This document shows, piece after piece, positions 62,563-64,000 of a stretch of 64,000 nucleotides of DNA. Within the stretch, counting starts at the first letter, position 1; every line of letters starts with the position of its first letter. Below the pieces are notes generated by a model. That model worked only from the letters and a program-made list of their open reading frames with translations. It was not told the origin of the DNA and did no database searches. Source of the stretch: Eukaryota sp. GEM-RC1. Lineage: Eukaryota. The position numbers and the translations under genes are program-made. The stretch is taken from positions 806,001-870,000 of the forward strand of contig JAUFOQ010000013.1 of assembly GCA_040285855.1 (NCBI GenBank). Direction: 5' to 3'.

Positions 62563-64000
62563 TTCCCTTTTGTTTACGTACTTGTCAATTGATGACGTTT
62601 ACTTCTTCAATCATCCTCTTCAGTATGTAGTCTTCTTGTATTATCTGTATTTACGATAAACCTCTTGGAAATTTGCTTCACATGTTTTCGATTCTTTAAC
62701 ACATCTGACAATTATCAATATTGCCAATGTATTCCTAAAACCAATCGACTCTTTACCAGTCAATCACTTGGAATCTTTTCCCTGCGGCGTAGTATCAAAG
62801 TTCTATCACGTGATTCTCATGACTGATTAACACCCAGAAAGAACCGGAAAAGAAGAATATTTCGATCTGAAATTCTCCTACCACAGTCAGAAGTTCTGAC
62901 TGAGAACTGTTTATAGTGGGAATATGGACGTACGAAGTATAGAGTTTCTCTATAGAAACGTTTGTGACTGTAATATCAACGATTATTCTATTGGTTTTTT
63001 ATAGTACCAGTGTTTTTTGTTAGTAAGTACCCATCAATCAAGATAGAAGAACATTTGTTCATCAATAACCTCTACTCTAGTTAATGGAAATGATTTGAAT
63101 CTTGCTACATCTTCTTTTAAATTCTTTTGCTTGAACAACACAGTTTTGCGCCATTGTTTGTCATACACGTATGGAATTTTTGTATCTGTAGTTGAACCTT
63201 CTTCGACGCAGACACTCTATGACATGTTATATATAGTATGTACATGTAGATTAATATACTTTATTCCTCAACTTCATTGGAAATAGAATCGCCTCCATGA
63301 TACCTTCTGAAGGTGTCTGAATCTGTTGCCATTGCTGAACGTGTTTGACCTGGGTTATATACAAACCAGTTTTCTAGCGCGTTCCATTTTAAGTCTGTTT
63401 CTGTTCTTTCGTCTTTTAAAAATAAACAAACTACAAAACAGACTGTTGTCTTGTTTCTTGTGAGTAAATAAGTACGTACTACAAACTGTTTTACACGATT
63501 CTACATAGCATAATTGTGATACAAAATTGATGGAAAATTGTGTAAGCACGAAGTTTGCCTGGCTGAAGAACAACAAAATGAGAGTGTAGGAGATAGTAGT
63601 TAGACATTATGACGGAAAGAGAAGTTGGAAAGATTCTGTCAGATATGGTTTGGTGGTCATTGTCAGCCATTCTGCCATACGCCCAAACGCGTATGACAAA
63701 TTTATTTTTGGTTATGGTGCAACACTGAAACAGCATCTATTTCTAGTACTAGTTTGCCTTTCAATGTTCGTTCGTGAACAAGGGGAAGTGAAAAGTATGT
63801 GAAAATCGAAAACGTTTATCGATGAAGGGCGTAAAAATACATATCATAATCAATGAGTATAATATAAAAATAGGTGTCTTTAAAATTTACACCTTACTTG
63901 AAAAATACAAGGCGTTGAAAAAATAAAAATTCAAAGATGCAGACTAAGGTTTTCAATCAGTTCAGACCAGTTTAAACCCCCATTAAATGCACTGAACTGA

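Overview
Eukaryotic DNA from an AT-rich, intron-poor, gene-dense genome, probably a flagellated protist. It uses the standard code and has very short spliceosomal introns of about 27-31 nt. Housekeeping genes are SUMO E1 subunit SAE1/Aos1, a MacroD-type macrodomain, eIF4G-like, AATF/Bfr2, dynein Roadblock, a SHIPPO-repeat protein, a Seh1/Sec13-like WD40 and a WRN-type exonuclease. They are interspersed with a rapidly evolving, modular, immune-like gene set in which RING, TKL-type kinase, BTB-BTB, coiled-coil and 28-aa RI-type LRR modules recur in different combinations and share nucleotide-level homology. The standout is a ~2,100-aa gene (19681-26052, minus), split in the ORF track by three +1 frameshifts and one tiny intron. 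It reads RING - kinase - bacterial-type PARG - ~9 PBZ-like fingers - putative ADP-ribosyltransferase-fold domain - VWA, a candidate ADP-ribose writer/reader/eraser in one chain. The window also contains a tandem segmental duplication, several hAT elements/MITEs (three with visible 8-bp TSDs), a 75-bp Tc1/mariner MITE, a Tc1/IS630 relic and RLE-type non-LTR retrotransposon relics. About 14 single-base frameshifts in otherwise intact genes most likely reflect homopolymer sequencing errors. All domain calls come from reading motifs by eye; no searches were run.
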